The notes beneath the pieces were generated by a model. The model was not told the origin of the DNA. It worked only from the letters and a program-made list of their open reading frames with translations, and searched no databases. From Tubiluchus corallicola (lineage: Eukaryota; Animalia; Priapulida), in NCBI GenBank assembly GCA_030141605.1, contig JAQGDQ010000451.1, positions 126,106-190,105 of the forward strand: DNA of 64,000 nucleotides, in the 5' to 3' direction. Below, in pieces: positions 1 to 11,841 of this stretch. A program made the position numbers and the translations under genes. Position 1 is the stretch's first letter. Each line of letters opens with the position of its first letter.

Positions 1-75
1 ACGTGATTTGAAGAAGGAAATCTACAAGGTGTTGGATCGGACGTATTGCACAATGAGCGGATCGGGACCGTCTTG
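1..75 (+). CDS. RSL1D1: RSL1D1 internal coding exon (5' truncated by window edge)
   Basis: Frame 2 reads RDLKKEIYKVLDRTYCTMSGSGPS. It ends at a TG|GTGAGT donor (intron starts 76), and the phase-2 junction joins in frame to the exon at 866 to give Cys. Confidence 0.8.
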
Positions 76-198
76 GTGAGTGGTAATAATTCATTGGTGA
101 ACAGTGAACAGTGTATACAGTACAATTTGGTGCTTAGTTGAAGGAAGGATATGCAGATGGAATTAGATAACACGACGGTCAGATTAACAGTTAACAAC

Positions 199-765
199 CA
201 GATTTTTTTTTTCATTTTACAAATTCTGTTAAAAAACACATCATTTAACCTTTACTACTTAAAAAAATGTCCCCAACTCGACCGTCAAAACGTGTAGCGT
301 TGATGGAGCCAGATCAGCGACTCCACTCCGTGCTTGGAATGGCGGAATGCCAGAAATTATGTGAACGCAAAAAAATTAATTTCTCTGTGTTTTCTAATGC
401 CCAATTCAGCACACTTCTAAGAAAAACTGCCACAGTGCCATTATTAGAAATGGTACAACAATGAAAACAGGATCAGTCAGTCGATCTTACCCAAGACGTT
501 ATCCTAGCAGCTAGCTTGTGATTAAAGTCACAAAATTAAGTTGTACTGTATAGCGAGCTCTTTTTGCTTCAATCCAAGTTTGTACTGTGTAGCTAAAAAA
601 ATCAGGAAAGCAGCGTGAGCTGAGCAGAAACTGTGGTGGTGGGCAGGTCGCGAGGTCGGGAATAGCGAAACACCAAAAGGTTGTTATTTTGTTTCAGGTA
701 TTTGTACTCTGCTTTGATTACCTAGCAATTAATTAAAATTTACTGTGAATTTTTCTTCCCTTCTG
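199..765. mobile_element. Possible DNA-transposon insertion in RSL1D1 intron
   Basis: Flanked by an exact 9-bp direct repeat GTTAACAAC (190-198, 766-774), with short inverted termini CAGA...TCTG. Superfamily unclear. Confidence 0.4.
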
Positions 766-865
766 GTTAACAACATAATTCAAGTCTCAACATTGGCAAT
801 CCATGATAGCCCAATTCTTTCACTAAGAAGTTTTTTGCAAATATAAGTTGAAAGTTTTTTTGCAG

Positions 866-1032
866 CACGTTCGTCGTTGCCCACACGGGACTGACGGAGA
901 TGGAAATCACCAAAAACATCTTGTCGTGCATGGACAAACTGGACGCTGTCCTGCCAGGTGGACGAGCTAATGTTCGTGGTCTATATTTAAAGACGGCCAC
1001 CTCACCGGCTTTGCCCTATTATTATTCATTTG
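866..1032 (+). CDS. RSL1D1: RSL1D1 coding exon, C-terminal part of ribosomal L1 domain
   Basis: Acceptor TTTTTTTGCAG ends at 865 and donor G|GTAAG follows 1032. Encodes (C)TFVVAHTGLTEMEITKNILSCMDKLDAVLPGGRANVRGLYLKTATSPALPYYYSF, matching the RSL1D1 L1-domain end (HxGxxxxxIxxNI...LPxxxxxV..L..KT..SxALP). Confidence 0.88.
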
Positions 1033-1214
1033 GTAAGAAAACTTTGCAGAGTTTATTAGTGGTTTTGCTCTCTTTGTGGAACTGCTAGCCAGTGTCCATT
1101 GCAAGTTGGACCCGTTTCTTTAAGAAAAAATAGAAATCCAATCCAAGCATTAGGCAGAATGAAGTTTCTGTCAAGTTCATGTTCAAAAACTAATTTTCAT
1201 TGCTAAAAACGCAT

Positions 1215-2140
1215 TCATAATCCCAATTTCAGGAGTTTCTGTTAACGATGAAATAAACACTGTTAACCCTTTCAGTCCCAAATTGTACTTTAGTAAACAA
1301 AAAGCTAAGTACTGGACTTGCAAAGAGGTTTTTGCACATCATTGCATTATTGAGTGTAACAACAAAACAGTTTTTGTGCTGCATTTCTGTGTCTATTATT
1401 ATGAATTACAACCGTTTGTTCCCAATGTATCCTGTGGGATGCACAACATTCTTTGTCATGTCCAAAAAAAACAACAAAAGCAAAAAATGTGCTTCATTTT
1501 ACAACTGCTGATAATTTTTTAAAGTATTTAAGACATTAAGTATGCACTCTATGCTGATCTGTACAAAGTGTCTCTAAAGTACTGCACCTTGCGCAGTTTT
1601 TTATGCTATGTAGATTTTCTAGTTTGCCGTTTTATCACCATTTTTAGTCTATTGTTATTGGCTTAAATCAAAATAACTATTAACAGATCAAATAACTGTC
1701 AGTTTCAAAATTTCATTAATTTTAAAGGCAGAAAATATTCTCGTATCCCGCGGGATATGAAAGGGTTAATGCTTTTTTGAAACCAGACATAGTAGAAAAG
1801 AAAGGAGTATGAAAGAGTTGCATCCTGCTAGATTTCACGGGTTATTCTGCGCTCTAGATGAAACAAAATGACTCCCATGTGAATAAACTAAAATATTGGA
1901 GGATTAAACTGGTTGGTGGGTTATTAGATTTCAAGAACTATGGCTTGAATCAGTGGCCGTGTAGTGGTGACATCATGATGGACTTGTATGGGTGTATGGC
2001 AGTAGTCTTGGCATGTGCCTTACAATGTAAAGGTCGCTGGTTCAAGTCCAAGGGTCATTATAATCTGTAAAACATTTCTTCCTGTCTGGTTTGATTATTA
2101 AAAATTGATAATAACGAGTTTTGCCATCGTTAATTGTTAA
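1215..2140. mobile_element. Inverted twin tRNA-like element (decayed), interrupted by a piggyBac-like MITE
   Basis: Left-arm GTTAACGATG (~1241) and AAACCAGACA (~1780) mirror right-arm TGTCTGGTTT (~2083) and CATCGTTAA (~2125). A tRNA-like unit with B box GGTTCAAGTCC lies at ~1990-2050. Confidence 0.45.
1267..1765. mobile_element. piggyBac-like non-autonomous element (MITE)
   Basis: TTAA TSDs at 1263-1266 and 1766-1769; termini CCCTTTCAGTCCC ... GGGATATGAAAGGG. A similar left end TTAACCCTTTCAGTCC recurs at ~32545. Confidence 0.8.
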
Positions 2141-2512
2141 GTGCGCCTTCTGAATGTCGAAGCTCCATGTTTCGGAACAAGTGTTTGCAAAAATTTTGAA
2201 AATATATTAAACTACTTAATGAGTCATTTCCTCTCTTTATTAAAATGTAGTTAGTAATATTTTGATTGCTTATTGTATTGGGCATTTGATGTTGGGTCAA
2301 TCAAATGTGTGTTTTTAATTATTTGTTGCAACTGTATGTTTTGTCTAATACTAATGAAATGATGTTAGATGTTGTTGTAGTGATGATGCTGGTTTGAATG
2401 CGGAAGACCTGAGTTCAAATCCAACTGTGGAAAGAAACTATTTTTCGAGACTTTGTTAATTTATTTCATGCATTTCTGTATAATAAATGCAGTTTGTATT
2501 CCGTTTTTGCAG

Positions 2513-2607
2513 GATCGAAGCAAGACGTGGACTTGCCAAAACCAGAAGTTACTTTGTTTGAAGATCTGCTAGAAGATGTCACCACTGTGACGTCAGGGAA
2601 AGTCCTG
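2513..2607 (+). CDS. RSL1D1: RSL1D1 coding exon
   Basis: Acceptor TTTTTGCAG ends at 2512 and donor CTG|GTAAG follows 2607. Phase 1 in, phase 0 out; reads (G)SKQDVDLPKPEVTLFEDLLEDVTTVTSGKVL. Confidence 0.8.
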
Positions 2608-2920
2608 GTAAGAAGCAATAAGATTAGGTGTTGTACAATAATAGTCAGTGAAACTTGTTGATATGTAAACATTACACAAAATCTATAATATATTTTTATT
2701 GATACTGAACAACAAAAATTTTGGTTTCATTCATCTAACAATCAAATTTGGTTTTGTTTAAATCACGAGCAAATTTTCGTAAAACATTGAGATAGGAATC
2801 TGTATCATCAGAATCTACCACCAGTGACACTTGTTAAAGTAGCAAATCTCTTTTACAGTCTTGCTAAATGAGTGGCTCCATCCATTTCTGGGCAATGCAT
2901 ATCAGAAATTTTAAGCAATC

Positions 2921-3531
2921 GTGATTATTTTTGCCTAGGTAACTGATAACCAGGTGTGATAATTTTTGCCTAAGTAACTGATTACCAGGTGTAGTTATTT
3001 TTGCCTAGGTAACTGATTACCAGGTGTAGTTATTTTTGCCTAAGTAACTGATTACCAGGTGTAGTTATTTTTGCCTAGGTAACTGATTACCAGATGTGAT
3101 TATTTTTGCCTAGGTAATTGATAACCAGGGTGATTATTTTTGCCTAGGTAACTGATTACCAGATGTGATTATTTTTGCCTAGGTAACTGATTACCAGGTG
3201 TGATTATTTTTGCATAGTTAACTGATTACCAGGTGTGATTATTTTTGCCTAGGTAACTGATTACCAGATGTGATTATTTTTGCCTAGGTAACTGATTACC
3301 AGATGTGATTATTTTTGCCTAGGTAACTGATTACCAGGTGTGATTATTTTTGCCTAGGTAACTGATTACCAGATGTGATTATTTTTGCCTAGGTAACTGA
3401 TTACCAGGTGTGATTATTTTTGCCTAGGTAACTGATTACCAGGTGTGATTATTTTTGCCTAGGTAACTGATTACCAGATGTGATTATTTTTGCCTAGGTA
3501 ACTGATTACCAGATGTGATTATTTTTGCCTA
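2921..3531. repeat. 35-bp minisatellite, ~17 copies
   Basis: Unit GTGATTATTTTTGCCTAGGTAACTGATTACCAG(G/A)T, inside an RSL1D1 intron. Confidence 0.95.
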
Positions 3532-3641
3532 TCTCACAAAGACCATTTTGTTCTGCAGTAGAAATGGAATAATTTGTTTAAAAACTGTGCACAGAATTCG
3601 AGCTAAATTGTGTCATTTTTGGTAGTTGAAGTGGTGAATTA

Positions 3642-4051
3642 CACTCATATCTCAGTTTGCCGGACCTCGCTTTTACAGATATTGGAAAATTCGGACATGT
3701 GTCCTGAATAATATGAACACAGTCCGTTATTTTGCGAGCTGGCCACTAGTTGGTGGGCCGTCACTTTGTTTACATCACGTACATCAGTGTAACCATGTGT
3801 ATATCTCTATGTATAAAATGTAGAATCGATTATGCAGAGTTATTGAAGTCAGTTGCCGATAGTTTTTATATACTGTTGCATAAGAGCGGCCCGTACTAGA
3901 TGTTTTTGAGACAATTAGGCGATTGATTCTACATTACTGTGAGTCTAATACACGGCACCTACCGTATTAGTTTAGTATTAGAAAATACGGACAATCGGCA
4001 AATTTGGACCGACGCCACTCCGCTTGTGTCCAGCAAACCGAGACATGAGTG
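3642..4051. mobile_element. Tc1/mariner-pogo-like MITE
   Basis: TA TSDs (3640-3641, 4052-4053). 24-bp imperfect TIRs: CACTCATATCTCAGTTTGCCGGAC / GTCCAGCAAACCGAGACATGAGTG. Confidence 0.8.
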
Positions 4052-4416
4052 TATTCAAATCCATAATCTTAGGTTCGAGTTGAATTCGAAGGTTCAGTGC
4101 TCACCTCTACTGATTAGTGTAATAACTGCTGATCTGATACTAATGTTCTGTAAATAGCAGCATTTGACATATCACACTGATAACTCATCATGGCCATTGT
4201 GTGATCAGTATTCAATCAGTGCTGTTAAGCTTCGAACTTGATAATTTGTGGCAGTTTTTACAAACATTGCTGTACATTTGCAAGCGTCTTGCTTCATTGT
4301 TTTTAGCCTAAATTTTTGGTATTAGACAGCAATCATTTAACAATCAGTTAATGGGAAAAGTAATCGATGTTACTTTTTCAGTAATACGTATTTGCTGATT
4401 TAGAATTCTTTTTCAG

Positions 4417-5088
4417 ATTCGACCCGATGGCTACATCAAAGTAATAGGCCCAGAAGAAGAAGAGAAACTGATAGCAGCAAGAGCTACAGCTGGCAACGAA
4501 ACAGTTAAAGAAGGTGATGATGTCATGCTACTGCCTGATGTAGAAGTAAAGCAAGAGCTAGACGATACGTTAGAATATGACTACACGGCAACAGAAAATG
4601 GCAAAAGAGATTCCGGTAAATGCGTTAAAAAACTGACGAATACTTTAACAGAAGGAGAAGATGCTATGATGGCTGATGACACAAACAGGAGGAAGGGTGT
4701 GTCAAAGCGAAAGCGGGAGACTTCCGAGAAGGGGACGTCCCTGAAAACAGGAAGCCAGTCGGAACAAAACGGGTTGAAGAAAAAAGCGAAGAAAAGAAAA
4801 TCAACAAACGGTGAACAGGAAGTTGTAACTAGGACTGAAATTAATGAAGCTGTTGACACAGATGGAATTAAAGAACACAGGAAAACGAGGAAGGCAGAGA
4901 AGTTGCTAACAGTGCACAAAGAAATGGGAAAGAACTTTGCTAAAAAGAAAGTAAAGGAGATACCACAAAATTTACAGAAGACGCCAGACAAACGGGTGTT
5001 AAACAATAAGAATAAGAATATTTCATCTGCTAAGAAGCCAGTAAAAGTGAAAAACTCACTATCAAAAAAGAAACGAAAATCTTATTAG
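4417..5088 (+). CDS. RSL1D1: RSL1D1 terminal coding exon, acidic then Lys-rich disordered tail
   Basis: Acceptor TTCTTTTTCAG ends at 4416. Reads IRPDGYIKVIGPEEEE... in frame with ORF 4525..5088 and ends in basic, NLS/nucleolar-like KKKRKSY-stop, typical of RSL1D1 tails. Confidence 0.85.
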   Translation: MRPDGYIKVIGPEEEEKLIAARATAGNETVKEGDDVMLLPDVEVKQELDDTLEYDYTATENGKRDSGKCVKKLTNTLTEGEDAMMADDTNRRKGVSKRKRETSEKGTSLKTGSQSEQNGLKKKAKKRKSTNGEQEVVTRTEINEAVDTDGIKEHRKTRKAEKLLTVHKEMGKNFAKKKVKEIPQNLQKTPDKRVLNNKNKNISSAKKPVKVKNSLSKKKRKSY

Positions 5089-5384
5089 AGTAATCAGAGG
5101 TAAAAAAGTGGTGGAGAAATGACAATAATTTATTGGAAGTACCCTTGGTCTGTCTGCCTGTTATTCAGCAGATGGGGTCCATGTGAAGAACATCTTCACT
5201 GTGATCTCAGTTGTCAAGAACATCTTCACTGTGGTCTCAGTTGTCTTCTAAGTATGAATAAGCAAACTCTGAACAGTCACAGCCATGGACAGAAGTTTCA
5301 CATTTCATGTTTTTAGGATCTGAACCTAAAATGGTAAAATTTTGGCAAATTTGAAGAAGTGTACACATGATGGTTTGAAATGCA

Positions 5385-5390
5385 AATAAA
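5385..5390 (+). promoter_or_regulatory. Candidate polyadenylation signal of RSL1D1
   Basis: AATAAA about 300 nt after the stop, followed by T/GT-rich sequence. A second AATAAA lies at 5548-5553. Confidence 0.5.
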
Positions 5391-6189
5391 TTATTTTATC
5401 TTAATTAGATATTGTTCTTTCTGTATATTGAAGCGAGGTCTTATTTTTGTTTATATTGTGTAGTTGCTGGAGTAGTGTATTTGCTATACATTTGGTAAGT
5501 AATAGATGTGAAATGCTATCCAGAAGATGTGATGTTTATGGTAGAGAAATAAAGATGTGTTTAATATATCCCAATGTCTTCGCTGAGAATTTGGATTTGG
5601 CATAAAATTAGTTGTTCGAAGAATCTTGATAAACCACCAGTACCACTTAGAATGCTTGTGCATTTTTGATGCCCAAATGTGAATATGGTGCTAGTAATTT
5701 TAGGACACAATGCACTATGCAAACATTCAGCCGTATAACATGTTAAACTTCACACCTGTGAATGGTCAGTAAGGCGAGAACATTCCACCTGGTGTTTTCC
5801 TCGACAGTAACGATTTGGCGCAGTTCTTGTAAAAACTTCTTACAAATATTTTTGCATTGTTGTGCCATCTATATTTAACAACTAATAACTTTTAAACCTT
5901 AATGTCTGCATTAAATGCCCTAAGAATATATTTCATCACTTTCATTTTGCCTGCATAGTTTCAAAATTATCAGAGTTTAAACCCCAGGATGTTAATTAAA
6001 TGTTTCAAACAAACATAGTCGAAATAGGGTAATGTTTAGAAATGGTAAGACAGTGTAGCAATGTAGCACATTATGAACAAGTTCCTATTCGGTCCTACCA
6101 GTTCACCCAACATTTTAACACTTGCTGCCTGGCTATTAGGATCAGGCTGTTGAAACTTTGGCTTTCGCCGTTCACACGACTGTGGTTAA

Positions 6190-6804
6190 AAGACAAGAAA
6201 AGAGGCACCTGAAGTAGGTTTCAGAAAAATCTCCTTAAAAATTATATTACTTTATAGCAATTTTATGCGTATATCTTACTCGCGTTGAAAGGATTTTAGA
6301 TTATTTCCATTTTAAATTTCCCGCAATATTGTTCCGACGGCGCCATTACGTGACGTCATATACGCACAACGTAAATCTGGGGAAAAAGGAAATGTTAAAT
6401 TATGTCCCAAAAAACTTTCAATGCAAAATTATATTACTTAGCATTTCGCTTACATGCTGAAAGACTTACCTAACTAGAAAAGAAAATTATCTCCAGGGTG
6501 CACCACTCACTAAAAAAACGTATTTTTAAGTCTTATTGACAAGATACAATAATTTTAAATTTTACTCAGTGACGTGTGCGTTACGAATGTTCTGATTATT
6601 TTTTCAAAGTTTAAACACTTATCTAAACTTATTTTAAATGACCTATCGTCAAAATGGCTGGTCATCGCGGGAGTTTAAATTTTCAAGATTTATGCAGCGT
6701 TACTACCGACTGAAGTCCTGTACGTAAACAGGCAATATGTAAGTGGTATAAAATTTCAAGACGAATTTTTTAAGCTTTATGTAAGTGGAGGGTTTTCTTG
6801 TGCT
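6190..6804 (+). mobile_element. Kolobok-like non-autonomous element, family A
   Basis: TTAA|AAGACAAGAAAA ... TTTTCTTGTGCT|TTAC. Colinear with copies at 21287-21950 (-) and 37252-37920 (+). TTAA target and RR...YY termini fit Kolobok. Confidence 0.75.
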
Positions 6805-6829
6805 TTACATATGTCTGTAAATTTTAATT

Positions 6830-7130
6830 CTGCGTATTCTTGCTCTTTTCAAATCCCCAGACGACAAGATGCTTGATTGAGTTCTACGTCTGCTGCCCAA
6901 CCTTGTTTCGTATTATGCCGCTTTACAAAGTGCTTCTGTAATTTTCCTCGAAACCCTTAAAATGTCATTTTGCGTCTCCATTTACTACCGAATTTAGCGA
7001 GCATGTGGTTAAATTTGCCCAGAATCCATTTGATTTCTATTCATTTGCTTTGCGGTGCCACTGGATAAAGTACCTTGATAAATAGACTTGCAAAAACTTC
7101 CACTCCATCAGTTATATGAACATGGAAGCC
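6830..7130 (-). pseudogene. Possible highly decayed RTE-like LINE RT fragment
   Basis: Minus-strand remnants loosely resemble the RTE RT C-terminal pattern (Y.G.TLSS...EI...), heavily disrupted by stops and frameshifts. Confidence 0.25.
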
Positions 7131-10100
7131 GTACTTAGATTATTATTTCATTTAAATTAATGAAATACGAAATGAAAAGAGTTTTTTCAAAGCTGATGGT
7201 GACTTTGACTGCGGACAAGGGATTATTTTTTGATTGCTCTTCGAAGGTCCAGTCCACCATCCAACTGCAAATCAGTCGTTAGGTTGACAGTTCAATCCCG
7301 CTCAACTCCCTTATGGATTTATGGTTGTTTATATAGGAAGCCCCTTACACGACTGTTTGTGCTGTGTTAGTAGCACTAATACCTATTTGCACGCTTGCCC
7401 TGCTTTTGCTATACTGAGCTTATATTAAACCAAACAACGTAATTGCTAGTGGTGTGTTAAAAATGCCTGATTACGGTGAATGTGCTTTGAACAGAGATAC
7501 GCATTTTCCGAGGATTAAAAGAATTTTTTAACACTGCATCTCTAAAATCTTGCGCCTTTCAAAATTTTGCGCCCTAGGCTATAAATAGTTAACCTATTGA
7601 TAGATACGCCCCTGGTTCTGACACTGACCTGGCAGAGGTCACTAAGAAACGTTTTAGCCATTTCCCACTATCCAGAGCGAGTAGCCCGACAATCGTCCTC
7701 CGTTCACAGCCTAATAGTAACAGATACTGTTCACATGTTAGGACTAATGCTGTACCTTGCTATATCTGCTCGGAGGTATTGAGTTCGAGTCTTAGCGGAG
7801 TAAACAAAATTCGGACTCCATTTCATTACGGCTTTTATGGGATTGATACAATGCGGATTGTATATGGCCACTGTCCCCAGGTGTATCTAGTACACAGCGT
7901 AAATGTGTGTCAACATATTTTCGATTGTTTATACATTTATTGTCCTAAATGTGTTCTTGTAATGACTTGTGCTTTCAGTAATTTCGGTAAAAAAATAACA
8001 CAAAAAGCATTTCAAGTACCGCCACCTGGCGTTAGACATCCTAAACACATCAATGTTTCATAATGCATTCACTTTAAACTAATATGCGACATCTAATTCA
8101 CCTTATTTCCGTTTCGTTCGATATTCGTGAATCTATTTTGGAAAAATTTCTAATTTTCTCCTTGAAAGAGTTTCGCTTAGCGTATTCTGATATAAATAAT
8201 CATTTATGTAACGTTCTCAGTAATGGGAGCCTTAATTAAGTTAGCGCCATAAATTCTCCTGTCGTCTTTGGTTTTGAAAAATATTCCTTGTTGGTTTTGA
8301 GTAATGTGTTCAGCGCAAAGATAATCTGCTTCAAGTCTAGTGTGATCATTCAAAGGAAAGGGTGTAAAAGTAAGATTTATATCAAGGACTGTGACGCATG
8401 CGTAGAAAGTAGTTAAAAATGGAAAAAACGTTGCCTTCGAATTGGAGACAAGTGATTACGGGCTTAGCGACCACTGTCGATACAGAATCCTTGATAATTA
8501 CACCATGTTCCGGCCCTGCCACACCTTAAATAAGTCCAGCCATTGAGTGTTATTTGTCCACTCTCAGTGAAGAAATACCCGGAGAACAGTATACCGCAAA
8601 ATAAACGTCAAGAATAATTATTGAACAGGCGGTCATCAATCCGTTTACTGGCCATGTTCAGAATTGCTTAATTTCAGTTGCTAAGCACACAGAGTAACAA
8701 TTAACTAATCACCCCGCCCACCTTAATGATCCATGGACATCTTCCCTGAAAGAGGCAAACAGCTAAGAACAGAACGACCAATGATACCAGCCAGAACCAG
8801 TTTTCCTTTGTAATTAGGGTCGCCAATCCATTTTCTAGCCAAACACAGCGTACTCAATTTCGCAGTCGAATGAAACACTGTAACCAGTCTATTTTTCACC
8901 GTTATCATCATCAGTACCACCACCACCATCATTATCATCACCATCATCGTCATCACCATCAAACAGTAGCGTCAACAGCAACTAAAGGCAAAGTAAGCAT
9001 GTGTGAAAAGTGACAATATTAGTTTAACGTGTCAAGATGTAGACTTTTGCTTTCATTACAATGGCATTCCATTACAAAGTTGATATCTGCAACATTAAAA
9101 GTTAACGTAATTATTAAAGGAAAAAGCAACAGATGAACAACGTTCGTTGTATTTTAATGTAGGCTTAGAAATAGTGAAATTATCCAGTAAAATGCGAACA
9201 TGAAATCTCTTGGTTAAAAGTGCAAAAGAAATTTAATTCATTGTCAACTTCCGTCAAACCAACCTTGCTGCACATATTTGAAAAAAACATGAAAAGCTTT
9301 TGGACAGCACGAAGGCACGCCACAATGACTACGCGTAAAAAAATTTCTGCAGTTCACTCAGAAAATCTGCTGTTCCAAGTGTTTGTTATAACTGTGTTTT
9401 TGCGGTGCCACTGGATAAAGTACCTTGATAAATAGACTTGCAAAAACTTCCACTCCATCAGTTATATGAACATGGAAGCCGTACTTAGATTATTATTTCA
9501 TTTAAATTAATGAAATACGAAATGAAAAGAGTTTTTTCAAAGCTGATGGTGACTTTGACTGCGGACAAGGGATTATTTTTTGATTGCTCTTCGAAGGTCC
9601 AGTCCACCATCCAACTGCAAATCAGTCGTTAGGTTGACAGTTCAATCCCGCTCAACTCCCTTATGGATTTATGGTTGTTTATATAGGAAGCCCCTTACAC
9701 GACTGTTTGTGCTGTGTTAGTAGCACTAATACCTATTTGCACGCTTGCCCTGCTTTTGCTATACTGAGCTTATATTAAACCAAACAACGTAATTGCTAGT
9801 GGTGTGTTAAAAATGCCTGATTACGGTGAATGTGCTTAGAACAGAGATACGCATTTTCCGAGGATTAAAAGAATTTTTTAACACTGCATCTCTAAAATCT
9901 TGCGCCCTTCAAAATTTTGCGCCCTAGGCTATAAATAGTTAACTTATTGATAGATACGCCCCTGGTTCTGACACTGACCTGGCAGAGGTCACTAAGAAAC
10001 GTTTTAGCCATTTCCCACTATCCAGAGCGAGTAGCCCGACAATCGTCCTCCGTTCACAGCCTAATAGTAACAGATACTGTTCACATGTTAGGACTAATGC

Positions 10101-11764
10101 TGTACCTTGCTATATCTGCTCGGAGGTATTGAGTTCGAGTCTTAGCGGAGTAAACAAAATTCGGACTCCATTTCATTACGGCTTTTATGGGATTGATACA
10201 ATGCGGATTGTATATGGCCACTGTCCCCAGGTGTATCTAGTACACAGCGTAAATGTGTGTCAACATATTTTCGATTGTTTATACATTTATTGTCCTAAAT
10301 GTGTTCTTGTAATGACTTGTGCTTTCAGCAATTTCGGTAAAAAATAACACAAAAAGCATTTCAAGTACCGCCACCTGGCGTTAGACATCCTAAACACATC
10401 AATGTTTCATAATGCATTCACTTTAAACTAATATGCGACATCTAATTCACCTTATTTCCGTTTCGTTCGATATTCGTGAATCTATTTTGGAAAAATTTCT
10501 AATTTTCTCCTTGAAAGAGTTTCGCTTAGCGTATTCTGATATAAATAATCATTTATGTAACGTTCTCAGTAATGGGAGCCTTAATTAAGTTAGCGCCATA
10601 AATTCTCCTGCCGTCTTTGGTTTTGAAAAATATTCCTTGTTGGTTTTGAGTAATGTGTTCAGCGCAAAGATAATCTGCTTCAAGTCTAGTGTGATCATTC
10701 AAAGGAAAGGGTGTAAAAGTAAGATTTATATCAAGGACTGTGACGCATGCGTAGGAAGTAGTTAAAAATGGAAAAAACGTTGCCTTCGAATTGGAGACAT
10801 GTGAATAGCCAAGTGATTACGGGCTTGGCGACCACTGTCGATACAGAATCCTTGATATTTACACTATGTTCCGGCCCTGCCACACCTTAAAAAGGCCCAG
10901 CCATTGAGTGTTATTTGTCCACTCTCAGTGAAGAAATACCCGGAGAACAGTATACCGCAAAATAAACGTCAAGAATAATTATTGAACAGGCGGTCATCAA
11001 TCCGTTTACTGGCCATGTTCAGAATTGCTTAATTTCAGTTGCTAAGCACACAGAGTAACAATTAACTAATCACCCCGCCCACCTTAATGATCCATGGACA
11101 TCTTCCCTGAAAGAGGCAAACAGCTAAGAACAGAACGACCAATGATACCAGCCAGAACCAGTTTTCCTTTGTAATTAGGGTCGCCAATCCATTTTCTAGC
11201 CAAACACAGCGTACTCAATTTCGCAGTCGAATGAAACACTGTAACCAGTCTATTTTTCACCGTTATCATCATCAGTACCACCACCACCATCATTATCATC
11301 ACCATCATCGTCATCACCATCAAACAGTAGCGTCAACAGCAACTAAAGGCAAAGTAAGCATGTGTGAAAAGTGACAATATTAGTTTAACGTGTCAAGATG
11401 TAGACTTTTGCTTTCATTACAATGGCATTCAATTACAAAGTTGATATCTGCAACATTAATAGTTAACGTAATTATTAAAGGAAAAAGCAACAGATGAACA
11501 ACGTTCGTTGTATTTTAATGTAGGCTTAGAAATAGTGAAATTATCCAGTAAAATGCGAACATGAAATCTCTTGGTTAAAAGTGCAAAAGAAATTTAATTC
11601 ATTGTCAACTTCCGTCAAACCAACCTTGCTGCACATATTTGAAAAAAACATGAAAAGCTTTTGGACAGCACGAAGGCACGCCACAATGACTACGCGTAAA
11701 AAAATTTCTGCAGTTCACTCAGAAAATCTGCTGTTCCAAGTGTTTGTTATAACTGTGTTTTTGC
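7049..11764. repeat. Tandem segmental duplication, two ~2.35-kb copies (7049-9398, 9399-11764)
   Basis: Near-identical copies: about a dozen substitutions, one 12-bp indel and one 1-bp indel seen by eye. TTTGC microhomology at 7049, 9399 and 11760. Duplicated ORFs in the track confirm offsets of 2350 and 2361. Confidence 0.95.
8545..8713 (-). mobile_element. tRNA/5S nested-head SINE copy (duplicated at ~10906-11074)
   Basis: Reverse complement reads GGTGATTAGTTAATTG...TGTGTGCTTAGCA-ACTGAAATTAAGCAATTCTGAACATGGCCAGTAAACGGATTGATGACCGCCT-GTTCAATA. Confidence 0.6.
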
Positions 11765-11829
11765 TGACTTAGCTTTAATCTACAGAATTATACCTCGAAA
11801 ATCAAAATACGTAACCATACATGATGTGA

Positions 11830-11841
11830 TTGCAGGTAAGT
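11830..11841 (+). promoter_or_regulatory. Strong splice donor, possible end of a non-coding first exon of the MOLO-1-like gene
   Basis: CAG|GTAAGT perfect consensus at 11835/11836, with a matching acceptor TTGTTTTCTTACAG at 20716 upstream of the ATG at 20928. The link between them is inferred, not shown. Confidence 0.3.

Noticed and set aside
1085-1112. Helitron-like 3' end on the minus strand (GTCCA-ACTTGCAA-TGGAC hairpin then CTAG); similar motif near 46300
   Set aside because: The stem is short, the base after CTAG is not T at 1084, and no matching 5' TC end or shared body was found.
4581-5006. 141-aa antisense ORF
   Set aside because: It is the shadow of the Lys/Glu-rich RSL1D1 exon on the opposite strand.
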